Of a stretch of DNA of 64,000 nt, positions 50,701 to 63,470 are shown one piece after another. Source of the DNA: Camelus ferus (taxonomy: Eukaryota); contig NC_045697.1 in NCBI RefSeq assembly GCF_009834535.1, forward strand, positions 83,516,001-83,580,000, written 5' to 3'. Every line of letters starts with the position of its first letter. The stretch's first letter is position 1. A program made the translations under genes and the position numbers. The notes beneath the pieces were generated by a model, which saw only the letters and a program-made list of their open reading frames with translations, was not told the origin of the DNA and did no database searches.

Positions 50701-53369
50701 TTCAAAGCCAAAAGAAAAAAAGAGTTAGGTATCAAGGGAGAATCTGGAGTGAAATGAGGCTTAGTGAAAACACCAGTTTTCCAGATGTAACACTTACTTG
50801 TACAAGTTCTATTAAGTACAGTACATGAGAAAATGTGCTTGTAATGAGCAGAGATGGTATACAGTGATAAACAAGCCAATAAGGCACGTGTCTAGGTAGT
50901 AGGGTGTTTTTTGTTTCTATAAATTATTCTAATGGGCACACAAACATATGAAAGTGTTAACATCTCTCTTGGCTGGCCACCCAGTAAAATATGAAAGATT
51001 CAAGCAATGGATAGAGTTATTCCTGTGATTTAAGATAAACTCGACGTAATAGAGCTGAGATTACTCTAGCCAGTGTAGAAAGCAGAGTCTCATGAGAAAA
51101 AGAGCAAATATCATGAGACTCATGGATCTTTCTTTGAGAGAAATACAGCCATGTAACTATTAGTTCTTTGGCTAATCAGAATTTAAGAAAGTACTGATGT
51201 CCACTTGTCATGTTATGTGTTCTACATAAACTTCTAAAACCCTAAGATGTTTGAATAGTTGATCCACATGGTATCTTACTCAAATTTACACAAGAAAAGG
51301 TTAGAATTTATAAAATGTATTGGAGTTTTTTTTCTTGAGGATATAGAAGACAAGATACTTTACGGGTAGCATTGGGAGCCAATGCTTGTCTTTCAACTTC
51401 AGTCTACTCTCCAAAATAGGTAGCTTCAAATGTACCTTTGTCATGCATTGATACTTTGTCAAGAAAGCAAAAATGGTACCCTCCATGCCGATATTGTGAA
51501 AATGTTTTGACAGTATTTGCAAACTCCTGTGAGACAGAGAGCTACAATTTTTTCCACCAAAATATAAACAGGAATAGTAAACGGCAAATAAAAGTGGGTA
51601 AACATTGCCACAATTTGTAATAGAGAGCACTAAAAATCCTCTCAATGCAGCAAACATCAATTCTATCATCTTCAGAAATCTAAAAGACTGCTGATATTAG
51701 CAATATTAATCAGCAAGAGAGGGTGTGGAGAAGAAAATTGTAGTTTCTTTTTAAATCTGTGGAAAAAGAAAGGAACTTGTAAAAGAAGAAAATACATAAA
51801 ATGAAAGAAAGTAACAGTAAAATATAGACAGAGAAGTGAGGAGGGAAGTTTTTATGTTTATTGTTATTGTTTTGGTAGCCTTTTAAAAAGTTTATCAAGG
51901 TACATTTGATGAAAGATGTGACATTCACTATTATAACCCCTTGAAAATAGAACATGATCTAGAATAATGGTGTTCTATTCTGACTTGGGTGAATGAATCA
52001 TCTGCATGCCAAGGTTATGGTTATACTTAAAACAAGCATAAATACATGAAAGTACATACAGTAAGAACAGACATGCACAGTTGTCCATATTTTTTTAGAA
52101 TTCTCAACTAAAATGCATGATGAATTGAAAGAGTAATTCAAAATTGAAATTTGGTCATCCTTAACCTCAAGTGCCAAGCAGAGGACATTTCTCAAAAGTG
52201 TCATTCCTAGTTTCAGGTTGACAACCCAAATTATGGTCCTTGAAGCAGAAAAGAACATTCATAAAAGTTTAATCAAATACAGGACCAGTCAGCTTTTTTG
52301 TCAGGAGAGGACACATATGAAGAGACTGAATCCAAGAACAGTCCCTCCCCAGCCATAACAACAAGGAAGAGGAAAGGAGCATTTGGGAGGAGTGATTAGT
52401 ACACAACAAACATGCAGTAGATAACAGCTGTTGTTTTATTATCATTATATTCAGTATCATAAAACTACCATCTACAGTTTTTGTCTTGGTTCCTGAGGTA
52501 TTTACAGTGATAGGTAAGGGGGAAAAAGTCCTCAAGTTTAGAAGCTTATTTTGTATTGGAATGACATTTGGTTAATGAATTTTACACATTTTGAAAATAT
52601 GTGTTAACTCTTACTTCCCATCAAGACATTAGGGTCACAAAGCTGCTAAATTTAAAGATGTAGTAAGAAGAGTTCAAGAGTTTAATTTTAGTTGTTTATA
52701 TATTCTGTATTATTTCCTTTAATCCTTACAACAACCCTTAATTGTAGGAATATTTACTCTCACACTACAGAGAAGTAAACTGAAAAGTCAGAGAAATACA
52801 GTGACATTAATGATTATGAAGCTCACTAGTAGTAGAATTTGAAACCAGAAATTCTGGTTTTCTAAAACTGCAAAAATTGTGATCTCCACACTTCTTCATT
52901 AACTTCCCAAACTAATTCACAGATATAAGTCTAGATTTCTCTTTTGCCTGGTAATCTAAGGGAATAACTGGTAGTTCTGCTAAACATATGGGAAATGATA
53001 ACTAGAGGGGAAATTCATAGGGCAAATTCTCCCTTAGGTTCCAATAGGTTCCCTAAGTAGCTAGAGTTCCTAAAATGTTGGTAAAGGAGACAAACAACTA
53101 AATCTGAGGAGCTTTCCACAAGTCTGAATATCATTTGTTATATATAGATATAGAGTCTACTTTAATTCAAAGAAACTATCTTGGAGGAAATTCTGCCTTA
53201 ACTGTCAACTTATTAGATGGAACAAACAAAAGCTTGACCTGTGCTAATATTGCATTTCTAAATTGGGCCACATCATGCTTTTTTTCAGCAGCTTAGAGGC
53301 TCTAAATTTTAAAATAAGCATGAATGTTTACCAGTGAAGGTCCTGAGAGAAAATACAAAGAAGCAACTG

Positions 53370-53476
53370 CAGGGTAGGAGTGGGTATAGCTCAGTAGTAG
53401 AACATATGCTTAGCATGCACTAAGTCCTGCATTCAGTCCCCAGAAGCTCCATTGAAAAGAATAAAATAAAAAATTT
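53370..53476 (+). mobile_element. tRNA-derived SINE (Vic-1-like, short form)
   Basis: gggtatagctcagtagtagaacatatgcttagcatgcac head. Perfect 12-bp TSD aagaagcaactg at 53358-53369 and 53477-53488. Confidence 0.9.
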
Positions 53477-55539
53477 AAGAAGCAACTGAGTGTTCAAACA
53501 ACTAAACTGGAGGTCATGTATAAAATTCAGTATTCAAATGAGTGATTGAATTAAAGGACATTTAAAGTACTTTTCCAACTAAGAGAATCTGAGACTATGA
53601 TGTTAAAAAAACATCTTTGGTTGGGTCCTATCACCATCTACAGCCAAACACGTGTTATTTTCATTGAGTTTTAGCAAGCACATCTGATCTATTATCCTTT
53701 AGCACAATGTGGACACTTCTGTCTCACAAGGGGATTTGATGTTCATTTTAATTTAGCTTTGAAAGCTCTGTCTAATTACTTACTGTGGAAGGTCAAGCAA
53801 ATCCTTTAAGCATACTTGCATTTGATGATTATAACTATCAGGAAATACAGTTTTAGAGGTCGATTATAAAATATTTTTAGTTATCAAATATGGGCTATTT
53901 CAGGTATTAAAATTAAATTTCAACAGGGGATTTTCTGGAAAGGTACCATTCCTGAGGCAAAGATCAATTGTAACATTATTGATCTACAACACAGTTTGAA
54001 ATATCTATTGTACAGCTTTAAAATTGGACAGAATTCCATTAGAAAAATAAAACAATTTATTACATTTAAACCTCAAAAAAATCATCAATATATATACTCT
54101 CAATCAAAGAATTGGATTTAAAATTTCTGTGAATTATGGTAGTTTAATTTTTAGTGATAAAACAATTAGTAGAAAATTTTATCATTGAATTCACTGCCAA
54201 TATCAGTGATACTTAACACTATTACAGACAATACTATTAAAATTAGTAGTGATGGAATGATGGTCCTGATCCTGAAAACATAAAATCTTGCCTGGGACTT
54301 GTAATTTTGATTACACTATTTTTATTCTTTCAAATAGTGTCCTTTTCCCCCTTCTTTTCCAAGTTCAGCAGAACCTGCTAATTTACATTAGCTGAAATGT
54401 CTACTGTCAATTATGCAACATTTTAGATTAGTGAGCACATTAACTTTTCTAAAATGGAAATAAAGATTATAGTATCAAAATGTAATTTAAAATATATTGA
54501 AAGACTTGCTGGCTTAAGGAATATATAATAATCTTTTAATTAGTTCACTTGCCAGCTAGAGAATGAATTTTATCATTTTTACCTCAGTGAAGCACTTTAT
54601 TAAAAAAGGGCATTAGATTTTCATTTTATTGATATTGAAAACAAGTATATATAATTCTAACGGTCCTAGTAAAAACAGAGTTCAAATCAGGATGCAAAAA
54701 GTCTGCTCTGAGCTGGTAGATCACTTCTAGAGTAATGCAAACAGCTCAGTTTAAGAAAAACACTAGCCATTATTCAGAGCACGATAACCAATATGGTAAA
54801 GTATATAATTACTTCACAAAGAGAATGGCTGAAGGAACTTGGAGAAGATAAGAGACAGGAGAGAAGACTAAGGAATATGTTATCAGCGTTAACATTCAAC
54901 TTAAAAGTACTGGTATGGCCATGCTAGTTACTACAATATTGAAAAGTGTCAACACTACTACCTCTCCCCACACCTGGATCGCAGGCCCTCCCCCAGGATG
55001 TCCCAAACCTCCCAACTACTCAGCAACTAAAGGGACCCGGCTCAGGTCTCCAGCATTCAGCTCCAGCTTTGCAGTTGGCAACAGGTCTGACTGATCAGTG
55101 GCGTGGCATACTGGCTGTAAATACCTTGAATATTATCCCTGAATATAATCAGTCAGTCAGTGAGCGTAAAATCCACACAACTGCTAACCTTGTGTCTGCT
55201 TTAGCTTTTTCATATCTCCTACTCACTGTTCCCAATCATTCCCCAGTTTCTATGAGTTCATTGTTTTGTACCACATCCTACTCCATTTCAAAATTTCCCA
55301 TCCCCATTCCACTTTCAAATTTTTTCTCCCATACCTGGATCATGACAACAGCGTCCAAACTAATCTCCCCAATTCCCCATTCTTTTCCTTTAGTTGATGC
55401 TCAAATCAGGGAAAGCTGTGAAACTTGAAGTTCTATTATTCTGTTTCCCCTACATGAATAGAACGTAGCATTTCAGTTTTTAGGAAGATTATTGACTCTC
55501 CAGAGGAAATGTAGGAAGAGAACATTTTGAGATCCAGAT

Positions 55540-55735
55540 ATTTACCAGGCATTGTGCTTAGTGCTTTCCCCACATCCCCAATTAATCCTCACAACCACCT
55601 GTGAGCCTAGTTATTGTCATATTTAAAATGCAGAAAGTGAAGCTCAGAGAGCTTATATAATTTTCTTAAAATCACACAGGCAGTGGAAACTAGAGAAAGG
55701 ATTTGATCTCAGATCTGTCAGCCTCCAAAGCCTGA
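55540..55735 (-). mobile_element. MIR SINE
   Basis: ccaggcattgtgcttagtgcttt...ttaatcctcacaaccacctgtgag...gaagctcagagag. Confidence 0.7.
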
Positions 55736-56079
55736 ATAACTAGCATGTTTTGTGTAACTGCAAATTGCCATGCCATTGATAGTGTTGTTGATCACTATTA
55801 CACAAACCTCATAACGAAAATGTTATTACCTTCCTGAAGGGTTATATTTTTAAACAAATGCAGAATATTAAAATCTGACTTTTTACAATGTTTTTCTTTT
55901 AAATTGCTGTGTATATGATTCATGTAATTTCCTGTGTTTGTGCAACCAGCACCACAAGTGTTAACTGTCCTGATGGCTATTATAAATACCAGAGGATATG
56001 CAATAGTTATAACAAAGATCAATATCAACTTTTCTATACTGTCAGTAGTATGACTTCAGTTAAAATTAGTACTGTGCCA

Positions 56080-56222
56080 GGGGAAAGGGTATAATTCAGT
56101 GGTAAGGCACGTGCCTAGCATGCATGAGGTCCTGGGTTCAATCTCCAGTACTTCCATTAAAATAAATAAATAAACAAACCTAATCACTTCCCCCTCAAAA
56201 AAAGATAAATTAAAAAAAAATT
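56080..56222 (+). mobile_element. tRNA-derived SINE (Vic-1-like, long form)
   Basis: gggtataattcagtggtaaggcacgtgcctagcatgcatgaggtcctgggttcaatctccagtac head, then aacctaatcacttccccc module and A tail, as at 14641. Confidence 0.88.
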
Positions 56223-56951
56223 TTAATAGTACCATACAGACTTTAAGATTCCTGATCTAATCAACCTTACATATCTTCAGAAAGATTAAATGTGTTGGCA
56301 AGTACTTTGGGAATTTAAGCCTGTCCCTGAATAGTTTACAGTTTTATTACCTCTCAGGGACCCCCAAAGGTCCACATTAAATTCGTGGCTTCAAACTCTG
56401 AGAAAGCTGAATTAAACTAAACCCTCCAATTCCTCCATTGTGTCTCTAGATAATTTTATTTTCAGTTACTTTGCTACAGCCTAAAATAAGCTTCATAAAT
56501 TCTTTGGGGCTTTTTTTTCTTTCTTTTAACATTTCTACAAACTCCTTCATGTGTTTACTTGAAGAAATTTTAGCAATTTAAAAAAAAATTAGCCTGGCCT
56601 GTGAAAAGTACAAGTGTTTACATCATTCTTTTGAGTATTCTTACAAAAGTGCACGCTTTAGTGATGTGTTTACTTATGAGACACTCAACAAAGATACGGA
56701 GACACTTCAGAAATTCTGAAGGGAACTCTGAGAGAGGAAACCAGCATGCTCTCTTAAATGGAAACTCACTTTAAGTAAATTACATAGTTATTAGGGAAGA
56801 CTAGAAGAAGATCTGTCACTCTCCACGAAATAATTTTACCTTAGAGGTTACAAGTGAAAATGAAGGTTAAAGCTGAGTATACATACCTTTTGTAACCCTT
56901 TTTCTGTATTGGTACTGAATTATTAGCTTAACTCTTGTTTCTGGAATTTCT

Positions 56952-57406
56952 GTTTTTTCCCCTACGCATTTCATTGAGATATAATTGACATACAACATGG
57001 TATTAGTTTAAGGTATACAACAGAATGATTTGACTTAGATACATCATGAAATGATTACCACAGTAAGTTTAGTGAATATCCATCATCTCATATAGATACA
57101 ATAATTAAAGAAATAGAAAACAATGTTTTTCCTTGTGATGAGAACTCTCAGGATTTACTCTTTAACAATTTTCATTATATATTTATCATGTTGTATATTA
57201 CATCTTTAGTACTTATTTATCTTATAACTGGAAGGTTGTACATTTTGACTACTTCCATCCTATTTCCCCTTCCTCCACCCCCCCCCCCCACATCCGGTAA
57301 CTACAAATCTGATCTCTTTTTCTATGAGTTTGTTTGTTTGTTTTTGAAGTATAATTGACCGTGTTAGTTCCTGTTATAGAACATAGTGATTTGATATTTC
57401 TATACC
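56952..57406 (-). mobile_element. 5'-truncated L1 3' UTR with duplicated terminal unit
   Basis: Perfect 16-bp TSD tgtttctggaatttct at 56936-56951 and 57407-57422, with ttgagatataattgac and ttgaagtataattgac units. Confidence 0.85.
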
Positions 57407-57814
57407 TGTTTCTGGAATTTCTTAATGCATTTGGCTTACTAAATTCATTTAAGTTCTTCAAATAATTCAGCTGTTAACTTGGGGCAGTATTTGAAGAGGA
57501 CCATGCTAATGTCATTGTTATGGCCTTGTCAAATTTATCATTCACTAAGGATACGTCTACCTCCTACTTTATACATAATATCAATTACTTTTTCCAGAAG
57601 AACTGTATACTGTTTGGTAAAACTTTTATAGATAAGACTGACAATGATAATGCATCTTCTTTTAAGGAGTGTCCTCTCTGAAATAAGATCCTGAGTTTTG
57701 TGGAAGGATCCTTGTTTACCTTTGTTTCCTTGTTTTATTTGTTATTGTTTCAATGAGAAAGAGAATAATGTTAATTAGATGAAAGGAAATTAAATGGTAA
57801 TTGACCTATAATGT

Positions 57815-58000
57815 TGCTTCCATCTTTCATTCTCTACAACACAGGGAGGTAATTTGTTTCGTTACCCTTACTTGGCAAATAAAGGACTTGAAGTGTGGTG
57901 AAGCAGTATTACCTGCCCAAGGTCCTACAGCGAATGAAGGGCATCACTGAGATTGAGCCCAGGACTTCTAAATTTGTGCTTTCTCCACGACACTAAGCTG
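57815..58000 (-). mobile_element. MIR SINE
   Basis: acctgcccaaggtcctacagc...gagattgagcccagg. Confidence 0.6.
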
Positions 58001-58116
58001 CTTCCCGTCCCCAAGATTTCCTGGGAGACACTTGATCATTTTATTGTCATGGGTTTGGCTATCTTTGAATATGAGAAAAATAAAATTTTTCTCTCACTGT
58101 ATATCATAGTCAATGA

Positions 58117-58201
58117 TCCTAAGTGAAGTAAGCCAGAAAGAGAAAGAAAAATACCATATGAGATCGCTCATATGTGGATTCTAAAAAAAAAGAGCATAAA
58201 T
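58117..58201 (+). mobile_element. Short internal L1 3' UTR fragment
   Basis: ctaagtgaagtaagccagaaagagaaagaaaaataccatatg...ggattctaaaaaaaaa matches the interior of the 47198-47762 copy. Flanked by atagtcaatga / atagttaatga. Confidence 0.75.
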
Positions 58202-58409
58202 ATAGTTAATGAAACACTACAGACTCTTCTGCAGATCTGAGTAACTTCAGAGTGATAAGGTCACACTTCTGTCTTACGAGTTACCATAATGCCACTCTGT
58301 TTCACAAGAGCTCATTATTAACATCTTTATCCAAAGACTTATGTAACTTTCGTTACTATAGCCATGGTTTTTTTTTTTAAATCCAAATTGTGAGACAAAT
58401 AATATCATC

Positions 58410-58805
58410 CTCCTGGGGCTTCTGGACCATAAGAATATCACTAACTAGGAAAGCCCACTTCAGCCTTGGTGTGCAGAGTCTTTAGTGGGGTTTCATTTTA
58501 TAGGCATGATTGATTGAGTCACTGGCCATGTGTTTGAACTCAGTCTTCAACTCATGTCTCCTACCTAGAGGAAACGCTGATGTAACCTGGCTCAGAGCCC
58601 AACTCTCTAGTTGCATAGTTGGTCTTTCTGGCACGGCTAAACTCTGCACTGAGTCATCCAGTTAATATAAACTCAGATGTGATCTCAGGGACCCACCATG
58701 AATAATAGAGACATTCCTATCACTCAGAAAATTCCAAGGATTTAGGGCTTACCTCCTGGGAACCAGAGATGATAAAGACCAGCCAATTTTTTAAATTATA
58801 CAACA
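58410..58805 (-). mobile_element. MER21-like LTR fragment
   Basis: taggcatgattgattgagtcactggcca...cctatcactcagaaaattccaaggatttag...ggaaccagag...aaagacca...ttatacaaca matches recalled MER21. Confidence 0.65.
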
Positions 58806-60709
58806 GCTGCCAACAAAGGATGATTTTAAACTCTTAAACCAAATCTATTAAAAATATGATCATCACTGCAGATTTTCACATACCAGCCAGCAAACAATTT
58901 ATATTATGAATTAAAGAGTACCCTGTAAAAAAAAAACTAGAAAGAAATCTAGTGGCCAAATCTATAAATATTAACCAAATTTATGTAAATATGCCCATCA
59001 CATTTTAGGAGGTTTTCACTTTCTTAAATATATAGGAAGAAAACTATACATGTTTGTTTAAGATTTGATCATGGATTAAAAATAGTGCACTTATATTTAG
59101 CATCCAAATAGATCACTTCTAAAACCACAAAGATTATGTCAAAGAAACACAGAATTTTAAATCTGAACCTTAGTGACTACTTGCACAACCCCTTTATAAA
59201 TTTCACAATTTAAAAAAATGAAAAATCAGATTCCTATACTTACCTAAGGTAATTATTTCTTTCAAGATCTTTCACTTCAAACCATACCAGAAATATCATT
59301 TATCACAGGAACATACTCTAATGTTTACACTCTTAGCATTCAGTACCAAACCTAATTCCTTCACCTACAGATAAATCCTGATTTGCCTGGTTTGGGTCTA
59401 GGGAAGAAGGAAGATTCCTTTAAATAGTAATTTTACATATATTGAGCCACCATCACTGTCATTTCTTACTTCCCCCAAGTCACAGCAAATGCTATAGAAC
59501 TCCTTCTTCGAGTGCCTGAGGCCCAACAGGTTCATGTGTGGTCCATTAATTTTACCAACATTGTCTTTAAAAGCTTTAAAATGCTCCTGAAATTCAAGAG
59601 AATAGTTTTATAAATTTTGCTTCACACGTAGTGTGTAAGTGTATATACGTGCATGTGTGTGTGTGTACAGAAGTGTCTTTTATGTGAAAGGTTTTAACTC
59701 CACTTTCCAAACATACTCCTGTCACCTGTAAAAATGTATTATTTTCTATGTGAAATAACATCTCAAACAACCACAGCTTTTAAGGATGACACTTTTAAAA
59801 ATCGAAGCAAAACAATTTTTGTCTAGAAACAACTCTAAAATATACCACCAAATGTAAACACAGAGAAGCTTTAAATTAAGCCCATTTTAATTTTAAGTAT
59901 AAATTCTCAGTACCATGAAAAAGTTAACCAAAGCATGAACTGAGGGAATGGGACATTCTAACCAAAATGAACCACAGAAAAGCATTTAGAAGTATTTATA
60001 AATTACATTTGTAATGAAGTTTTAGATTTTTTCTACTATAGAGTGTAGAATGTGTGTTTGATTTCCTATCATGGGTTTTTTAATTACATTAGTTTGTATA
60101 CTTGCTAATCTGACAAATACGGAAATAGGAAACAAGTCATCAGGTTATTTTTGAAAACTTAAAAGTTTTGTCTTTTTAGAAAGATGGAAATAGAGAAAAA
60201 TATTAAAAGTAAAATGCTATTCTTAATTACTAGCAAGAATTTAAATAAAGAAATATCAAAGACAATAATAAACAATGAATTCTTCAGGAATGAAGTTATT
60301 GTGTTGCTCAAGTACTTGAATGACAATTTTTTTCCTTTTTTTCTTTTAGTTTTGGGGAAATTTTTCTAAGAAATATCACATCACATTTGCTTGATAAAAC
60401 TGTATCATCTTCACATTCTCTATTTGGAAACATTTGAATGCACAATTTAGGAAAATACTGCAATTTTTAATTCCATACAGTATGGTTTAAATATAAATTC
60501 ATAATAATGTCTGTTTTTCACTTGAATAATAATTTTAAACTATAGTCTCAAAAGTGTTTTCAGGTATTACTTACATAGGTGTTAAATTTCCCTGTAAGTC
60601 ACTATATGTCCATTTTGCAGATGAACTGACAGGTTAAGATAATTGAGAAAGTAAAAATTAGAATGAGAAGAGGGTGGTCAGAATCACTAATATTTCACTA
60701 ATATTACAC

Positions 60710-61630
60710 ACTTGTTCACTAATATTTGTTGAGTGCTTGCTGCTGGCAAGACACTGGGCATACAGCTGTGGATAAAACAGAACCCAGAACTCATGGAGCT
60801 TATTGGTTAATGAGAAAGAGAAACATTGAGAAGTCATTACATGAAGCAATATTCACAAGCTATGTTGTGTACTGTGAAAACCAGATGAATGCTACTAAGA
60901 CAAGTCTTAATGTGGACTTTATATAGATTATAACTTGTCAGTGGAGGCTTCTATGAAGATATGACAGAATTAATTACCTAAAAGAGGTATCATTTATCTA
61001 GGTGAAGAGCTGAAGGAGGGAAATTCCAGTCTGGGAAAACCACATATGGGTGGATCCTGAGGTAGGAAACTGCTTGGTGAGTTTTAGGCAAAGATTAATG
61101 TGACTAGACTACAATGAAGGGTGGAAGTGGTGCAAAATGAGGCAAGAAAGTGAAGCAAGGTCCTACCAGGTAAGGCCCGTGACCATCCTAAGGATTCCGT
61201 ATTTTCTCTTAAGTGCAAAGGGAAACCACAGAAGGATTCTGAGTAGGAAGTCCCATGGTCATATCTGAGTCTTTTGAGTATTACTTTGGCTGCTATGTAG
61301 ACAGTGGATTGGAAGCTGGCAAGATAGGAGATGGGTGGAAGAGTTAGGAGCCAGGGAACAAAGTGGTAGATTGAATTAGCGTGATGATGATGATGACAGA
61401 ACTGGAGAAAAGTGGATAGATTTAAGGTTTATACTAGAGTTTTAATGATAGGGCAAGATAATGAACTAGATTTATGAGCGAATGAAGAAACAGGTGTCAA
61501 GAATAGCCTCTATTTTTGACACAGCAACTAGTTGGTTGATAATTGATCGTGTCACTTAGTGACACAGAGGAACACTGGGGCAGGGAGCATTTCTGGTAGA
61601 GCTGAGAGGTGGGGAGGACGAGTTCAATTG
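60710..61630 (-). mobile_element. LINE-2 fragment
   Basis: atatttgttgagtgcttgc...gacactggg end, purine-rich body (ttactttggctgctatgtagacagtggattgga, ggtgtcaagaatagcctc). Confidence 0.75.
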
Positions 61631-62304
61631 TGAGACTAATCAATCCCACTTATGTTCTAAATACTTCATATACATTTTATAGTAACATAGCCATATTCAC
61701 CAGTTTTTTCAGTGTATGTCCTCTACTATGGAAATCTTGACAGATTACAAAATTCCTAGATCTGAGATGTTACTTTCAATCAAGGATTAATGAAAAGGAT
61801 AAAGAGAATTAGCTTTTTAGGCTGAAATGTCTACGATTTTAGACTTTCTGCCCCAGATTACAAAATGATAATGTTAATTGCAAGTTAAAAGATCTGGAAG
61901 AGAATAATCAGTCAAGAATTTAGCATTATGACTAAATCTTCTAAAACATAATAGTCTGCCTTACAGAACATACTAGCTGCAGTCTTAGCCCAAACTTTTC
62001 TATGCAGTAAGATTTCAGGTGTTCTCGCTGGTACTGAATGCAAATTTGGGGGTCAATTTCTGTTGCCTTTATCTACTAACTGTAACTCTCAGTGATTCAC
62101 AGGCCAGAGCCACACGGCATTGGTTCAGAGTATTTAGACAGATCAGGGGAACGCAAGCCCGAGAAGGGACAGTGGGACAGAAGTCACAGAAACTCTGCTG
62201 AAAAAAAAAAAGAATGGCCCAGTATTTTCATAACTTCCACATTATAGTTGACTTAAGTAGAATCATAGCTTATTTTAAAATGGAAGCAGGGCAGTGATGA
62301 CAAC

Positions 62305-62560
62305 AATAAGAAACAACATCCACTGAATGTGTATTATGTTTCAGGAACTGCATTCAATGCTTTCCATGTATTATATGATTTAATTTCCTCTGAACACCTT
62401 GGAGGTAAGTACTCATATGATTAGCATTTGAGAGACCATGACATGAGGCTTAGAGGTCATAAATCATTCTCCAAAGCCACACAGGTGGTAAATGCAAGAC
62501 TGAAATGGCCAGATAGGTTTAACTCCAGAAGCAGGGTTTTTCTGCCACTGGGTCACACTG
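62305..62560 (-). mobile_element. MIR SINE
   Basis: cactgaatgtgtattatgtttcagg...gaggtaagtac...tgaggcttagagg...gccacacaggtggtaaatg. Confidence 0.65.
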
Positions 62561-63287
62561 TGCCCATACGTGAATAAAAGAGGAGACTAAAAAATCTCAG
62601 TATTTCTTTAGTATTAAAAGCTAAAAATAAAAACAAAAATTGGATATATGTTGGTTTGCAAATATTTGGGAATATTTCAAAATAAGGGAAATGTGTCTGC
62701 TGTGCTGAACCGTCCTTTTCTTACACGGTGTTCTAAAGACATAGGTGACCACTAACAGGCATTCAAAACTACCTTGAGCTTTCTACCAGCACAATTCCTC
62801 ACAAACTTGGAGATACTTGACTTTTATAATGTAGTTCCTGTTACTGTGAATTTCATCCTGGCTTCATCCTTTACCCTTTTAAAAACTATTAACCTGCAAT
62901 TGTTCATTATTTTTCTCTAAATTTCTGTGATTGAAATTCGTTTTCTTTCAATTGGTCCATTATCACTGCACCCCTATTCTTAAACCACTTCCGATAAATA
63001 CTTCACTGACTTTTCTCACAGAAAGTATGTGTTGTTAAGTAATTTGCTTTAGTTTGAGTTTTTAAAAACAAAGGGGGAAAAGCAATGAGATATTTCCATT
63101 GACTTTATAGCAAAATTCTAAATGATATAGCAATAACTGCCTAGTTGTGGTCATTTCTACAAAGATGCAAATAAAATGAAGAACATGAAATGCTCCTCTC
63201 ATCCTTCAGAAACACAGGTATAATCCACTCTACCTGTAATACCACCACAGCAGCTCCCTTTCCAGCATCCTCAACTCCAGCTGACTG

Positions 63288-63470
63288 AACTGAGTTTTGA
63301 AAGATGAAGAGTTCACAAGACGAAAGGGGCATTCCAACTGGGTAGACAACGTACACAATGGACAGCAAAGCTGTGAAGGGAATCATTGGGGGTGGGGAAG
63401 ATGAACACTGATAGGAGATAAGCTATGTTAGGTAGGTTGAAGTCAAATTTTGAGAGCCTCTTATGCCATA
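63288..63470 (-). mobile_element. LINE-2 fragment
   Basis: actgagttttgaaagatgaagagttcac...ggggcattcca...cagcaaagc is an L2-like phrase. Confidence 0.5.

Noticed and set aside
51085..51121. Perfect 11-bp inverted repeat gagtctcatga/tcatgagactc with a 15-nt loop
   Set aside because: A stem of this size is roughly expected by chance in 64 kb of AT-rich DNA and has no supporting context.
54946..55428. 160-aa plus-strand ORF
   Set aside because: GTG start, Pro/Ser-rich with no recognisable domain or splice context; the 3' half looks like decayed repeat.
63322..63345. GGC ATT CCA ACT (GIPT) resembling the start of the next NDST3 exon (EHGIPT)
   Set aside because: Followed by GGG TAG stop, no acceptor or pyrimidine tract, no MGYAVAPHH motif, and it sits in L2-like sequence.
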